The translations under genes and the position numbers were made by a program. The notes beneath the pieces were generated by a model. That model was not told the DNA's origin. It did no database searches and saw nothing but the letters and a program-made list of their open reading frames with translations. A DNA stretch of 64,000 bases. It comes from an uncultured SAR86 cluster bacterium. GTDB lineage: Bacteria; Pseudomonadota; Gammaproteobacteria; Magnimaribacterales; D2472. Shown here piece after piece: positions 29,486 through 39,915 of this stretch (position 1 is the stretch's first letter; every line of letters starts with the position of its first letter). The DNA is taken from positions 747,449-811,448 of the forward strand of contig CACIJE010000001.1 in the NCBI GenBank assembly GCA_902586925.1, in the 5' to 3' direction.

Positions 29486-30550
29486 ATGATTGAAAATTTA
29501 TCAAATATATTTAAACGCATTTTTAATAATGAAGAGACAATAATATTTTCTATAATTATTATCTTTTCTCTAATAGCATTTAGTTTATTTATTGAGGTTT
29601 TAACTCCATTTATAATAAGTATTATTGTTGCCTATTTACTAGTTGGACTGCAAAAAAATATTGAGACCTATAATATCTCTCAGCCAATATCCACAATTAT
29701 CGCATTTTCAATATTTATTATCGTTGGAGCTGCAATGTTCACATGGTTAATACCTCTTATATACGTTCAACTTCAATCATTTGTTTTAGATATACCGAGA
29801 TTATTCAATGAATTTTTAGGTTTTGTATCTACAATACCTACTGCATTTCCGGAGTTAGTGAATTCAGATCAAATTAGTGTTTTTTTTCAAGCTGTATCAT
29901 CTGAGTTAAGTTCCATAACTCAAAATATAGTTAAATCCTCTATTTCAGGCATACAAAGCACAATTACTGTTCTTCTTTATGTAATTTTATTTCCTATTCT
30001 TGTTTATTTTTTTTTATTTGATAGGAAAAATATTATAGAAGGTTGTCTTAAAATTATTCCTGGTGATAGAGCTATGTTGTCACAGGTATGGTCAGAAATG
30101 GATATTCAATTAAGTAACTATGTTAGAGGAAAAGTTCTTGAAATATTTATTGTTGGAATTGCAGCAGGAATTTTATTTGCTGCATTTGGTTTAAATTATG
30201 GAGCTCTTTTGGCAGTGCTAGTTGGTCTTTCAGTTCTTATACCTTTTGTTGGTGCATTTTCTGTAACTATTCCCATTGTAATTATTGGGTTATTACAATT
30301 TGGTCTAGGAACAGAGTTTTATTTATTAATTGGTTTATACCTTTTACTTCAATTCATCGATGGTAACCTTCTTGTTCCAATAATATTTTCAGAGGCTGTA
30401 AAACTTCACCCAATAGTGATTATTCTTGCTGTATTTATCTTTGGAAGTATATTTGGTTTCTGGGGAGTATTTTTTTCAATACCACTTGCGACATTCATAA
30501 AAGCTGTTTGGAATGCATGGCCAGGAATTTCACCTAAAAATGAAGGGTAA
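29486..30550 (+). CDS. perM: AI-2E family transporter (PerM/YfgO-like, UPF0118)
   Basis: 354 aa polytopic membrane protein with the typical LLQFIDGNLLVPIIFSEAVKLHP motif. Divergent pairing with bepA. Confidence 0.8.
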   Translation: MIENLSNIFKRIFNNEETIIFSIIIIFSLIAFSLFIEVLTPFIISIIVAYLLVGLQKNIETYNISQPISTIIAFSIFIIVGAAMFTWLIPLIYVQLQSFVLDIPRLFNEFLGFVSTIPTAFPELVNSDQISVFFQAVSSELSSITQNIVKSSISGIQSTITVLLYVILFPILVYFFLFDRKNIIEGCLKIIPGDRAMLSQVWSEMDIQLSNYVRGKVLEIFIVGIAAGILFAAFGLNYGALLAVLVGLSVLIPFVGAFSVTIPIVIIGLLQFGLGTEFYLLIGLYLLLQFIDGNLLVPIIFSEAVKLHPIVIILAVFIFGSIFGFWGVFFSIPLATFIKAVWNAWPGISPKNEG

Positions 30551-31496
30551 GCTATTTATATTATTATTTTTTCACTCCCTTATGGTAACTAGCGAAAATT
30601 ATGGAATAGTCGTTCATGGCGGTGCTGGCGTATTGTCGAATCTAACTGAAGCTCAGCAAAAAAATATTGAGCAAAAACTTACAAAAACACTTATTGCTTC
30701 ATATCAAATTTTAGAAAATGGAGGGTCTAGTTTAGATGCAGTTGAGTTTGCTGTGTCAGAATTCGAAGATTCACCATTATTCAATGCTGGAAAAGGTTCT
30801 GTTTATGCTTCAAATGAGACTCAAGAAATGGATGCATCAATCATGTTTGGTAAAAATAGATTAGCTGGGGCAGTGGCATCAGTAAAAGTCATCAAGAATC
30901 CAATTAAACTTGCAAGAGTTGTAGCTGAAGAAACATCTCATATATTACTAGTAGGTGATGGAGCAGAATCATTTGCAAAAAAAAATGGATTAGATATTGT
31001 TGATCCAAATTATTTTTACTCTGAAAAAAATTTAAAAAGATTAAAAATGTTAAAAAATAAAGTTGCAAAAAATTCAACAGTTCAAGATAAAATAGGAACA
31101 GTAGGTGCAGTTGCGATTGATAAAGATGGTAATATCTCAGCAGCAACATCAACAGGAGGAATGACCAATAAGATGCCTGGGAGAGTTGGCGACTCTCCAA
31201 TTATAGGATCGGGTACCTGGGCTCAGAATGGGGTTTGTGGAGTATCATCAACTGGTCACGGAGAGTTTTTCATAAAATATCAAGTTGCACGTGAAGTTTG
31301 TACAAGAATGGAGTATTTAAATCAATCTTTAAAAGAATCGTCTTCAAATATAATCAATGAGTTAGAGGAAATTGGTGCATCAGGAGGTTTAATCGCGATC
31401 GATAAAGAAGCAAATATATCAACACCATTTAATACAGACGGCATGATAAGAGGAAGTATTACTAACAAGAAAGCTTTGAGTGTCGGAGTATATTAA
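30540..31496 (+). CDS. iaaA: isoaspartyl peptidase / L-asparaginase (plant-type Ntn hydrolase, IaaA-like), apparently secreted
   Basis: HGGAG, autoprocessing site GTVGAV and STGGMTNKMPGRVGDSPIIG. I chose the ATG at 30540 (MKGKLFILLFF..., signal-like) over 30513. Confidence 0.85.
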   Translation: MKGKLFILLFFHSLMVTSENYGIVVHGGAGVLSNLTEAQQKNIEQKLTKTLIASYQILENGGSSLDAVEFAVSEFEDSPLFNAGKGSVYASNETQEMDASIMFGKNRLAGAVASVKVIKNPIKLARVVAEETSHILLVGDGAESFAKKNGLDIVDPNYFYSEKNLKRLKMLKNKVAKNSTVQDKIGTVGAVAIDKDGNISAATSTGGMTNKMPGRVGDSPIIGSGTWAQNGVCGVSSTGHGEFFIKYQVAREVCTRMEYLNQSLKESSSNIINELEEIGASGGLIAIDKEANISTPFNTDGMIRGSITNKKALSVGVY

Positions 31497-31960
31497 AGAT
31501 TTTCCACTGCTTCAAGAACTTCCTCAACATGTCCTTTAACTTTAACCGATCTCCATTCTTTGATAATTTTTCCTTCTTCCGATACTAAAAACGTTGATCT
31601 ATCTACACCCAAATATTGTTTACCATACATTGATTTGAGTTTTATAACGTTAAAAGATTTACACATTTTTTCATCAGGGTCTGATAAAAGCTCAAAAGGA
31701 AACGATTGTTTTTGTTTAAAGTTTTCATGAGACTTTACGCTATCCCTTGATACTCCTAGTATTTCAGTATTTAGTTTCTGAAAAGACTTAAAGTTATCAC
31801 TAAAGTCATTTCCTTCAACAGTACATCCTGGAGTACTGTCCTTAGGATAGAAATAAATAATTAAGTTTTTTCCTTTAAAATCTGCTAAAGAAAGACTCTT
31901 ATTGCTAGTACATTCACCCGAAAATTCCGGGCATTTTTTTCCTTCAAGTTTTTTTTCCAT
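31493..31960 (-). CDS. bcp: thiol peroxidase Bcp (peroxiredoxin Q)
   Basis: YFYPKDSTPGCTVEG peroxidatic Cys motif. bcp/dapA adjacency as in E. coli. Confidence 0.9.
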   Translation of the reverse strand: MEKKLEGKKCPEFSGECTSNKSLSLADFKGKNLIIYFYPKDSTPGCTVEGNDFSDNFKSFQKLNTEILGVSRDSVKSHENFKQKQSFPFELLSDPDEKMCKSFNVIKLKSMYGKQYLGVDRSTFLVSEEGKIIKEWRSVKVKGHVEEVLEAVENL

Positions 31961-32022
31961 ATTTTCCTTTGAATAATTTTTAAATAAAATAGTGTATAGT
32001 CATATTTTTACTTATTTTGAAA

Positions 32023-32913
32023 ATGATGCAAGCTTTAAAAGGAAGTATAGTGGCGTTAGTCACACCAATGATGGAAAATGATGACATTGACTATAAATCG
32101 TTAGAAAGTCTAATAGACTGGCATATTGAACAGGGAACTAACGGAATAGTATCTGTAGGCACGACTGGAGAGTCTGCAACACTTGATGTAAAAGATCATC
32201 TAGATGTAATTAAACATACTGTTGATTATGCAAATTCAAGAATCCCCATTATTGCTGGCACAGGTGCTAACTCCACAACCGAAGCTATTGAATTGACTGA
32301 AGAATCAAAGAAGCATGGAGCAGATTATGCTTTAATAGTTACCCCTTATTATAATAAACCTAATCAAAATGGCTTAATAAAACATTATTTAAAACTTGCT
32401 GATAGTGTTGATATCCCTCAAATTTTATACAATGTTCCCTCACGAACTGCATGTGATTTATTACCTTCGTCAGTAAAAGTGCTTTCGGAACATAAAAATA
32501 TTATTGGAATTAAAGAGGCAGTAAACACTGATAAAAGAGTAAATGATTTGTTAGATATTTCAAAAGATAATTATGACTTTATGTTGTTTTCAGGAGATGA
32601 CCCAACATTTCTTTCAATGATGCAAAAAGGCGGAAATGGTGTTATTTCTGTTGCTGCAAATGTTGTGCCTAATTTTATTTCAAATATTTGCTCACTAATT
32701 AATAATGGCAAAAATGAAGAAGCTATAAATATTAATAAGAAACTATGCAATCTTTATGATCTTTTGTTTATTGAATCTAATCCCATTCCAGTAAAGTGGA
32801 TGTTATATAAAATGAATTTTATTCAAAATTCAATAAGGCTTCCATTATTAGAACTAAACAAAAAATATCAAGAAAACGTTTTAAATGAGATGTTAAAATT
32901 AGAATTATTATGA
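32023..32913 (+). CDS. dapA: 4-hydroxy-tetrahydrodipicolinate synthase
   Basis: GSIVALVTPM, GTTGES and YNVPSRT motifs. ATG at 32023 is preferred over TTG at 32017. Confidence 0.92.
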   Translation: MMQALKGSIVALVTPMMENDDIDYKSLESLIDWHIEQGTNGIVSVGTTGESATLDVKDHLDVIKHTVDYANSRIPIIAGTGANSTTEAIELTEESKKHGADYALIVTPYYNKPNQNGLIKHYLKLADSVDIPQILYNVPSRTACDLLPSSVKVLSEHKNIIGIKEAVNTDKRVNDLLDISKDNYDFMLFSGDDPTFLSMMQKGGNGVISVAANVVPNFISNICSLINNGKNEEAININKKLCNLYDLLFIESNPIPVKWMLYKMNFIQNSIRLPLLELNKKYQENVLNEMLKLELL

Positions 32914-33896
32914 TTAAGCAAACATCATCAATTTTTATAATACTCATGATAAGTTCTTGTTCAATGCTAGGAGGCCCCGATGGTTATTTTCCTGATAAAA
33001 AATATGACTTTCTCAAAGAAGAGATTGAAGAAACAATAAGTGTTCCAGATGAGCTAGATTCCCCTAATCTTGAGAATCATTACCCAGTTAACAAAATTCT
33101 AGAAGTTGATAAAAATTTAGAAATACCTAAGCCCAGACAAATTTTTGCATCAGCTGGAGATAGTTCTGTTCAGTTAAGAAGGCTTGGAGAACTCATGTGG
33201 ATTTATATAGAAACACTTCCTTCAACATCATGGCCCATTTCTAAAAATTATTGGGATACTTCTTCATATGATGTTACAAAAGCAGATCCACTATCTGGAG
33301 AGATCGACATTGATTATGATCAATCTTCAAAACTATTAATGAGAGTAGAACATGGTATCAAAGAAGCATCAACAGAGATATTTTTATTTAAAGTCAACAA
33401 AACCAGTATGGAAATTGAAAGCGATCCTGAGTTTATTCAGGCTGAAATGGAAAAAATGCTAAATTATTATGCTGAATCATTATCAACTTTTTCAGGTACA
33501 TCACTAGCAGCACAAAATCTAAATGAAATGAAAAAGGCAAGCATATTTTCTGAAAATGGAAAAACAGTTATTGCACTTGATCTAAATTTTGATAGAGCTT
33601 GGTCCTCAGTAAGTAAAGCTTTAGATGCGGCAGAAGTGGTAACAAACGATAGAGATAGAAGTAAAGGAATATTTTTTGTAAGTTTAGCCAAAGATGAGGA
33701 GAGAAGATTTTTTGGCCTTTTTGGTGGCAGAAACTCAAATGATAGTTCTCAAAGTTTAATTTTAAGTGAGGATGCTGAATTTGAGATCATAATTACACCT
33801 GAAGATAACAAATCATATGTAAGAGCAATATCAAAAGATGGTAATATTGAAAAATCCGAAGAACTTTTATCAAAAATTAATGAATCTTTAAGCTAA
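32910..33896 (+). CDS. bamC: outer membrane protein assembly factor BamC (NlpB) lipoprotein
   Basis: Lipobox MISSC. It lies between dapA and purC, in conserved synteny. Sequence similarity was judged only loosely. Confidence 0.6.
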   Translation: MIKQTSSIFIILMISSCSMLGGPDGYFPDKKYDFLKEEIEETISVPDELDSPNLENHYPVNKILEVDKNLEIPKPRQIFASAGDSSVQLRRLGELMWIYIETLPSTSWPISKNYWDTSSYDVTKADPLSGEIDIDYDQSSKLLMRVEHGIKEASTEIFLFKVNKTSMEIESDPEFIQAEMEKMLNYYAESLSTFSGTSLAAQNLNEMKKASIFSENGKTVIALDLNFDRAWSSVSKALDAAEVVTNDRDRSKGIFFVSLAKDEERRFFGLFGGRNSNDSSQSLILSEDAEFEIIITPEDNKSYVRAISKDGNIEKSEELLSKINESLS

Positions 33897-34612
33897 TGAA
33901 AAAAATTCAAGAGATAACAAAAGGTAAAGCAAAGTCCATGTATACAACTGAAAATGATGATCATTTGGTTATGCATTTTAGTGATGATACATCTGCTTTT
34001 GATGGTAAGAAAAAGGAAGCGCTTTTAGGCAAAGGCTCAGTAAATAATCAATTTAATGCATTTATTATGAAACACCTCAAAGAAAATGGTGTTGAAACGC
34101 ATCTTATAGATGTAATTGATAGTACAGATTCTCTTGTATTTAAATTAGACATGTTTCCAATCGAATGCGTTATTAGAAATAGGGCATCAGGTTCAATATG
34201 TCAAAGACTGGGAACTCAAGACGGACTAGTTCTTGAAAATCCATTATTTGAGTTTTTTTTAAAAGATGATGATTTAGGTGACCCGTTAATTAATGATGAA
34301 CATATAATTTCTTTTGGTTGGGCAAACAATGAACAAATTGAAGAAATGAAAAAACAAACCTATCGAGTAAATGAAATATTGTCAAAATTGTTTCTAGACT
34401 CAGGTCTTATATTAGTTGATTTTAAAGTCGAATATGGTGTTTACAAAGATAAAATTTTATTAGCAGACGAGTTCACACCAGATGGATGTAGATTGTGGGA
34501 TTCAAAAACAATGAAAAAAATGGATAAGGATCGCTTCAGGCAAGGATTAGGAGATGTTGTCGAATCCTATCATCAAGTTGCAGAAAGGCTTGGCATGAAT
34601 ATTGAAACTTGA
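33896..34612 (+). CDS. purC: phosphoribosylaminoimidazole-succinocarboxamide (SAICAR) synthase
   Basis: GKAKSMYTTEN, FDGKKKE and LADEFTPDGCRLWD motifs. Confidence 0.93.
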   Translation: MKKIQEITKGKAKSMYTTENDDHLVMHFSDDTSAFDGKKKEALLGKGSVNNQFNAFIMKHLKENGVETHLIDVIDSTDSLVFKLDMFPIECVIRNRASGSICQRLGTQDGLVLENPLFEFFLKDDDLGDPLINDEHIISFGWANNEQIEEMKKQTYRVNEILSKLFLDSGLILVDFKVEYGVYKDKILLADEFTPDGCRLWDSKTMKKMDKDRFRQGLGDVVESYHQVAERLGMNIET

Positions 34613-34636
34613 CTAATTTAGTCAGGTATTTATAAT
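34605..34636 (+). promoter_or_regulatory. isc promoter with an overlapping IscR type-1 operator
   Basis: AAACTTGACTAATTTAGTCAGGTAT (34605-34629) matches the type-1 IscR motif ATASYYGACTRWWWYAGTCRRSTAT at 24 of 25 positions. It embeds a -35 TTGACT (34609-34614), followed by a 16-nt spacer and a -10 TATAAT (34631-34636). The site is 8 nt upstream of the iscR GTG. Confidence 0.55.
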
Positions 34637-34643
34637 CTCTTCC

Positions 34644-35078
34644 GTGAGATTAACTACTAAGAGCAGATATGCTGTAAATGCACTTACAGAGCTAAGTTTT
34701 CTTCAATCTAGAGGACCAGTATCTTTAAGTGATATATCAACAAATCAAAATATTGACTTGAGTTATTTAGAGCAAATTTTTAGGAAGCTAAGAATTGCAG
34801 GAATTGTTAAAAGTATTCGAGGTAGAAATGGTGGTTACGTTTATGCCAAAAATCCTGCTAATATTTCTATAAAAGAAATTATGTTTGCTGTTGATGAAGT
34901 TCTTGATGCAACTAAATGTAATGGCACTTTCGCTTGTCAAAATGGAAAAAAATGTGTCACACATGATTTATGGCATGATCTTAACTTAGTAGTTGAAGAT
35001 TATTTAGAAAAAATAACAATTGAAAGCCTTGTAGAAAGGAATGATAACCCATATATAAGGGTAAACGAGATTAATTAG
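34644..35078 (+). CDS. iscR: Fe-S cluster regulator IscR (Rrf2 family)
   Basis: MRLTTKSRYAVNAL... Rrf2 HTH and a three-Cys cluster ligand region C-x5-C-x5-C (CNGTFACQNGKKC). GTG start. It heads the isc operon. Confidence 0.88.
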   Translation: MRLTTKSRYAVNALTELSFLQSRGPVSLSDISTNQNIDLSYLEQIFRKLRIAGIVKSIRGRNGGYVYAKNPANISIKEIMFAVDEVLDATKCNGTFACQNGKKCVTHDLWHDLNLVVEDYLEKITIESLVERNDNPYIRVNEIN

Positions 35079-36299
35079 ATGAGCACACAATCTACAATTT
35101 ATCTAGACTACGCGTCTACAACTCCTGTTGATCCCAGAGTTGCATCCAAAATGATGGAATTTTTAACACCTGAAGGTGAATTTGGTAATCCTGCATCACG
35201 TTCTCACAGGTTCGGTTGGAAAGCAGATGAGGCTGTTGAACAAGCAAGATCGCATGTTGCTAATCTTGTAAATTGCGACCCAAGAGAAATTGTATGGACT
35301 TCAGGTGCTACTGAAGCAGATAATTTGGCAATAAAAGGGGTTGCAAGATTTTATAAATCTAAAGGAAATCACATTATCACGTCAAAAATTGAACACAAAG
35401 CTGTGTTAGATCCATGCCGACAACTTGAAAGAGAAGGTTTTGACGTCACATATCTGGACCCAGATGAAAAAGGAGTTATTAGCCCAAGCGCAGTAAAGTC
35501 AGCAATTAAAGATACAACTGTTCTAGTTTCAATTATGCATATTAATAATGAGTTAGGAACTGTTAATGACATTGAAGAAATTGGGAATATAACTAGAGAT
35601 AATGGTTCATTTTTCCATGTAGATGCTGCACAAAGCACAGGTAAAGTTGATATTGATCTTGAGAAAATAAATGTTGATTTGATGTCATTTTCTGCTCATA
35701 AAACTTATGGACCAAAAGGAATTGGAGCTTTGTATGTAAGAAGAAAACCAAGAGTTAGACTAGAAGCTTTAATTCATGGAGGAGGACACGAAAGAGGCAT
35801 GAGATCTGGTACATTAGCTACTCATCAAATAGTAGGAATGGGCGAGGCATTTCGTATCGCAAATAAAGAGATGAATCAAGATTGCAATAAGATATCAAAA
35901 TTTCATGAAAAGTTTTTAGACAAAGTAAAAGAAATCGATCATGTTTATATTAACGGTGATCTCGATAATAAAGTCCCTAACATTTTAAATATAAGTTTTA
36001 ATTTTGTAGAAGGCGAGTCATTAATCATGGGTTTAAAAGACATTGCAGTATCCTCTGGCTCTGCGTGTACATCAGCAAGTTTAGAGCCTTCATATGTTTT
36101 AAGAGCTTTAGGTAGAAAAGATGAATTAGCTCATAGCTCAATTAGATTTTCCTTTGGTAGATTTACTAGCGATGATGATGTCAATAATACTTTGGATATA
36201 TTAGCTAATGTTGTCTACAGATTAAGAGAGCTTTCACCTTTATGGGAAATGCATCTTGACGGCATTGACTTAGATACTGTTGAATGGAATGCACACTAG
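35079..36299 (+). CDS. iscS: cysteine desulfurase IscS
   Basis: [31 protein letters not shown] and active-site SSGSACTS motifs. Confidence 0.97.
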   Translation: MSTQSTIYLDYASTTPVDPRVASKMMEFLTPEGEFGNPASRSHRFGWKADEAVEQARSHVANLVNCDPREIVWTSGATEADNLAIKGVARFYKSKGNHIITSKIEHKAVLDPCRQLEREGFDVTYLDPDEKGVISPSAVKSAIKDTTVLVSIMHINNELGTVNDIEEIGNITRDNGSFFHVDAAQSTGKVDIDLEKINVDLMSFSAHKTYGPKGIGALYVRRKPRVRLEALIHGGGHERGMRSGTLATHQIVGMGEAFRIANKEMNQDCNKISKFHEKFLDKVKEIDHVYINGDLDNKVPNILNISFNFVEGESLIMGLKDIAVSSGSACTSASLEPSYVLRALGRKDELAHSSIRFSFGRFTSDDDVNNTLDILANVVYRLRELSPLWEMHLDGIDLDTVEWNAH

Positions 36300-36308
36300 G
36301 GAATAATT

Positions 36309-36713
36309 ATGGCTTATAGCAAAAAAGTAGTAGAAAAATTTGAAAATACACTCAATAATCCAGAAGCTTTCAAGGTTGGAAGATTTGATCCAAAAGATTC
36401 TGATGTTGGTACGGGCATGGTAGGTGCTCCTGCATGTGGCGATGTTATGAAACTTCAAATTAAGTGTGAACCAAAAGGTAATACTCATGTTATTAAAGAT
36501 GTTAAATTTAAAACTTATGGCTGTGGTTCTGCAATTGCTTCGTCCAGTGAATTGGTAGAAATGCTTATTGGGAAGACTCTCGAAGAAGCTAAATCAATTA
36601 AAAACATAGAAATTGCTAAGGCTTTAGAGTTACCTCCCATAAAGATTCATTGTTCTGTTTTAGCAGAAGATTCGATCAAACAAGCAATAGAGGATTACGA
36701 AACAAAACAATAG
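36309..36713 (+). CDS. iscU: Fe-S cluster scaffold IscU
   Basis: GAPACGDVMKLQ, TYGCGSAIASSS and LPPIKIHCSVLAED motifs. Confidence 0.97.
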   Translation: MAYSKKVVEKFENTLNNPEAFKVGRFDPKDSDVGTGMVGAPACGDVMKLQIKCEPKGNTHVIKDVKFKTYGCGSAIASSSELVEMLIGKTLEEAKSIKNIEIAKALELPPIKIHCSVLAEDSIKQAIEDYETKQ

Positions 36714-36716
36714 ATA

Positions 36717-37058
36717 ATGGAAACATTTACTGCCTCAGATTTAAACTTTTCAAATAGCGCTATAGCACATTTCAACAAGGTTTTAAAAGATAGAGGAAGA
36801 GGTGAGGGCGTAAGATTAGGTATCAAAAAAGCTGGCTGTTCTGGCTATGAATATACTTTTAATTTTGTTGATGAAGTTTTAGACAATTATATAGCTTTTG
36901 AAAAAAATGGATGTAAGATTTTTGTTGATTCTAATAGCTTTTCTTTTCTCAAGGGTAGTTTAATTGATTACGTTGATGATGGTTTAAATCAAGGTATCAA
37001 ATTTGTAAATCCAAATGCTAAAGCTGTTTGCGGTTGCGGCGAAAGTTTCACTCTTTAA
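36717..37058 (+). CDS. iscA: Fe-S cluster carrier IscA (A-type carrier)
   Basis: GCSGYEY and C-terminal CGCGESF cysteine motifs. Confidence 0.92.
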   Translation: METFTASDLNFSNSAIAHFNKVLKDRGRGEGVRLGIKKAGCSGYEYTFNFVDEVLDNYIAFEKNGCKIFVDSNSFSFLKGSLIDYVDDGLNQGIKFVNPNAKAVCGCGESFTL

Positions 37059-37061
37059 ATT

Positions 37062-37403
37062 ATGGCAAAAATTAAAATATGGCCTCATGAGGAAATTTGT
37101 CCTAATGGTGCAGAAATAGAATCTCTTCCAGATGAGACTATATGTGAGGCAGCTCTTAGAAATCATATAAAGATTGAACATGCTTGCGAGATGTCAGCAG
37201 CATGTACTACTTGTCACTGTATAGTTAGAAAAGGTTTTGAAAGCCTTGAATCTGCAAGTGATATTGAGGAAGATTTGCTCGATAAAGCCTGGGGTCTTGA
37301 GCAGACATCTAGACTAAGCTGCCAGGCAGTTCCGCCCTTAAATGAAGAGATAGAGATAGAACTACCAAAATATAATATCAACATGGTTTCAGAAGATCAC
37401 TAA
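37062..37403 (+). CDS. fdx: [2Fe-2S] ferredoxin of the ISC system (adrenodoxin-type Fdx)
   Basis: Near-colinear with E. coli Fdx: AALRN.I.IEHACE.S.ACTTCHCIVR.GF...LDKAWGLE..SRLSCQA. Confidence 0.92.
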   Translation: MAKIKIWPHEEICPNGAEIESLPDETICEAALRNHIKIEHACEMSAACTTCHCIVRKGFESLESASDIEEDLLDKAWGLEQTSRLSCQAVPPLNEEIEIELPKYNINMVSEDH

Positions 37404-37606
37404 TGGAAAAAATTGATTGGCTCGATGTTTTAGAAATTGCAATACAACTGAATGAAAAATTTCCAGAACTTGATCCTCAATGGATAAGCTTTCCTGATCT
37501 ACACCAAAAAATCTGTGAACTGGATAATTTTGAAGGCGATAAAGATAAGTCTAATGAAAAGATATTAGAAGCTATTCAGATGCATTGGATAGAAGAATAT
37601 CAATAA
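37403..37606 (+). CDS. iscX: Fe-S assembly protein IscX (YfhJ)
   Basis: 67 aa acidic protein with W at position 6 and the ...ILEAIQMHWIEEY tail typical of IscX. It is the last gene of the isc cluster. Confidence 0.8.
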   Translation: MEKIDWLDVLEIAIQLNEKFPELDPQWISFPDLHQKICELDNFEGDKDKSNEKILEAIQMHWIEEYQ

Positions 37607-37647
37607 CTCTAATATAATAGCGAATAATTTTTTAAAGGTTACTAAAT

Positions 37648-38073
37648 ATGTCAACTGAAAAAACTCTTTCAATTATTAAACCTGACGCAGTAAGTAAAAA
37701 CATTATTGGAAAAATAATATCAAGATTTGAGGAAAATGGTCTAAGTATTGTTGCGGCTAAATTAATTCAATTATCTGATGAAACCGCATCTGGATTCTAT
37801 GCTGAACATCAAGGGAAGCCCTTTTTTGATGCTTTAAAAAAGTTTATGACTTCGGGCCCAGTATTCATTCAGGTACTAGAAGGAGAAAACGCAGTACAAA
37901 AAAATAGAGATTTAATGGGAAGCACCGATCCTAAAGAAGCAGATAATGGCACAATAAGAGCAGATTTTGCATCTAGTATAGATGCAAATGCTGTTCATGG
38001 ATCTGATTCTGTAGAGAGTGCATATAGGGAGATTGAGTATTTCTTTAAGGCTGAAGAAATATTGAATAAATAA
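37648..38073 (+). CDS. ndk: nucleoside diphosphate kinase
   Basis: [18 protein letters not shown] and NAVHGSDS (active-site His) motifs. Confidence 0.96.
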   Translation: MSTEKTLSIIKPDAVSKNIIGKIISRFEENGLSIVAAKLIQLSDETASGFYAEHQGKPFFDALKKFMTSGPVFIQVLEGENAVQKNRDLMGSTDPKEADNGTIRADFASSIDANAVHGSDSVESAYREIEYFFKAEEILNK

Positions 38074-38074
38074 A

Positions 38075-39154
38075 TTGTTAAAAAAAATTAATCTTTTGGG
38101 CTTCTCACTTGAATCGCTCGAAAGTTTTTTTTCTGATCTCGGGGAACCAAAGTTTAGAGCCAAACAATTATTAAGTTGGATTCATCAAAGAGGAGTTACT
38201 AAATTTGATTTGATGACAGATTTCAATAAACTTTTGCGTAAAAAATTAAATTCAATCGCAGTCATAAAGCCTCCAAAAATACACAAAGAATTTTTGTCTG
38301 ATGAAGGAACAAAAAAATTTCTTATTGAATTGGATTCAGGCTCAATGATCGAAATGGTTATTATTCCAGAAAAAAGTAGAACAACCTTATGTGTTTCTTC
38401 TCAAGCAGGCTGTGCTTTGCAATGCACGTTTTGTGCAACTGGAGCTCAAGGATTTGATCAGGATCTAGGAAGCGATGAAATTATTGGACAACTATGGCTG
38501 GCAAATTTCATGACTAAAAAACTAAATCCCATTACAAATGTTGTTTTTATGGGTATGGGTGAGCCTCTTTTAAATTATGATGCAGTTCTTGAGTCAGCTA
38601 AGATTATGAAAAATCAATGCGCATATGGATTATCGAGAAAAAGGATAACTATTAGCACTTCTGGTATAGTCCCAAAAATTGATAAATTATCAAAAGATAT
38701 TGATGTTTCGCTTGCAATATCATTGCATGCACCAGATGATAACTTGCGAGATGAAATAGTTCCAATAAATAAGAAATATCCTATCAAATCTCTAATAAAA
38801 GCATGCGAGGATTATTTAAAAAGTTTTAGTAATAAGAAAAATATTACAATGGAATATGTCTTGATAGATGGAGTGAACGATTCTATCGACCATGCAAAAA
38901 AACTTTCTATTCTTTTGAAAGATGTCTCATGCAAAATAAATTTAATACCTTTCAATAGTTTTGAAGGGTCAAGTTACAAAAGACCTAAGAATAAACAAAT
39001 GAATTCTTTCAAAAAATATCTTATGGGAAAAGGCTATATTACTACTTTGAGGACCACAAGGGGTAATTCAGTTAGTGCTGCCTGTGGCCAGCTTGTAGGC
39101 GACTTATCTAATACCATAAAAGGTAAAAATCTGATAAACCACAGAACAATATAA
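38075..39154 (+). CDS. rlmN: 23S rRNA/tRNA m2A methyltransferase RlmN (radical SAM)
   Basis: FRAKQLLSWIH, radical-SAM CALQCTFCATG and C-terminal GNSVSAACGQL. The TTG start comes directly after the ndk stop. Confidence 0.92.
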   Translation: MLKKINLLGFSLESLESFFSDLGEPKFRAKQLLSWIHQRGVTKFDLMTDFNKLLRKKLNSIAVIKPPKIHKEFLSDEGTKKFLIELDSGSMIEMVIIPEKSRTTLCVSSQAGCALQCTFCATGAQGFDQDLGSDEIIGQLWLANFMTKKLNPITNVVFMGMGEPLLNYDAVLESAKIMKNQCAYGLSRKRITISTSGIVPKIDKLSKDIDVSLAISLHAPDDNLRDEIVPINKKYPIKSLIKACEDYLKSFSNKKNITMEYVLIDGVNDSIDHAKKLSILLKDVSCKINLIPFNSFEGSSYKRPKNKQMNSFKKYLMGKGYITTLRTTRGNSVSAACGQLVGDLSNTIKGKNLINHRTI

Positions 39155-39915
39155 TGACTATAGAATTAAAATCTGCAAGTTCAGTTAAAACGGGTAAAAA
39201 GTTTTTGGAAAAAAGAAAAGATTTAGGTATTTCAATAAAAGAAGCATCAAAAATTTTATATATAAATAAAGACTATCTTCAAGCAATTGAAACTGGGACT
39301 TATAATATTTTTCCAAGCGAATCATTTGCAAAGGCATATTTTAAAAAATATGAAGACTTTTTAAAAATTAAAGAAGAATTTCCAAGCGTTTTTGACTTAA
39401 AGCCAAGTACAAATCAACCAAAGATATCACAAGAAATTATTATTAATGAGAATCGAGATGTAAAGAAAATTTTTATTTCGTTGGGTTTAGCAATTTCTTT
39501 GATATTAGCAATATATCTTTTTTTTGCACTTGATTCTTCATATAAAAATCTAAATGAAGAGAGCATTTCCGATATAGAAAATCAACCTGTAAATGAAATA
39601 GACTATCAGAATAATGCTGAGATAATTGAATTAATCGAAGCTGAAAAGCTAGTAGCACCAATTGAAAATGCCAACAATGTACTCAAACTCCAATTTCAAG
39701 GAGAGTCCTGGATGGAAATTTATATCGAAAATAAAATAAGCGTAGCACAACTATTTAATGCAGGAGATTCGTTTGAAAGAGAGATTTTAAGATCATTTAA
39801 AATTGTTGTTGGTAATGCTGATTTTGTGAAAGGAACATATAATGGTTATGAAATTGATTTTATTGCTGATGCTAATAGACTATCAGGAGTGAGCACTATT
39901 ATTTTAAATGAGTAA
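39154..39915 (+). CDS. rodZ: cytoskeleton protein RodZ-like (XRE HTH, one TM helix, DUF4115 C-domain)
   Basis: N-terminal HTH ([33 protein letters not shown]), a central TM helix and a C-terminal beta domain. It lies in rlmN-rodZ-ispG synteny. Confidence 0.7.
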   Translation: MTIELKSASSVKTGKKFLEKRKDLGISIKEASKILYINKDYLQAIETGTYNIFPSESFAKAYFKKYEDFLKIKEEFPSVFDLKPSTNQPKISQEIIINENRDVKKIFISLGLAISLILAIYLFFALDSSYKNLNEESISDIENQPVNEIDYQNNAEIIELIEAEKLVAPIENANNVLKLQFQGESWMEIYIENKISVAQLFNAGDSFEREILRSFKIVVGNADFVKGTYNGYEIDFIADANRLSGVSTIILNE

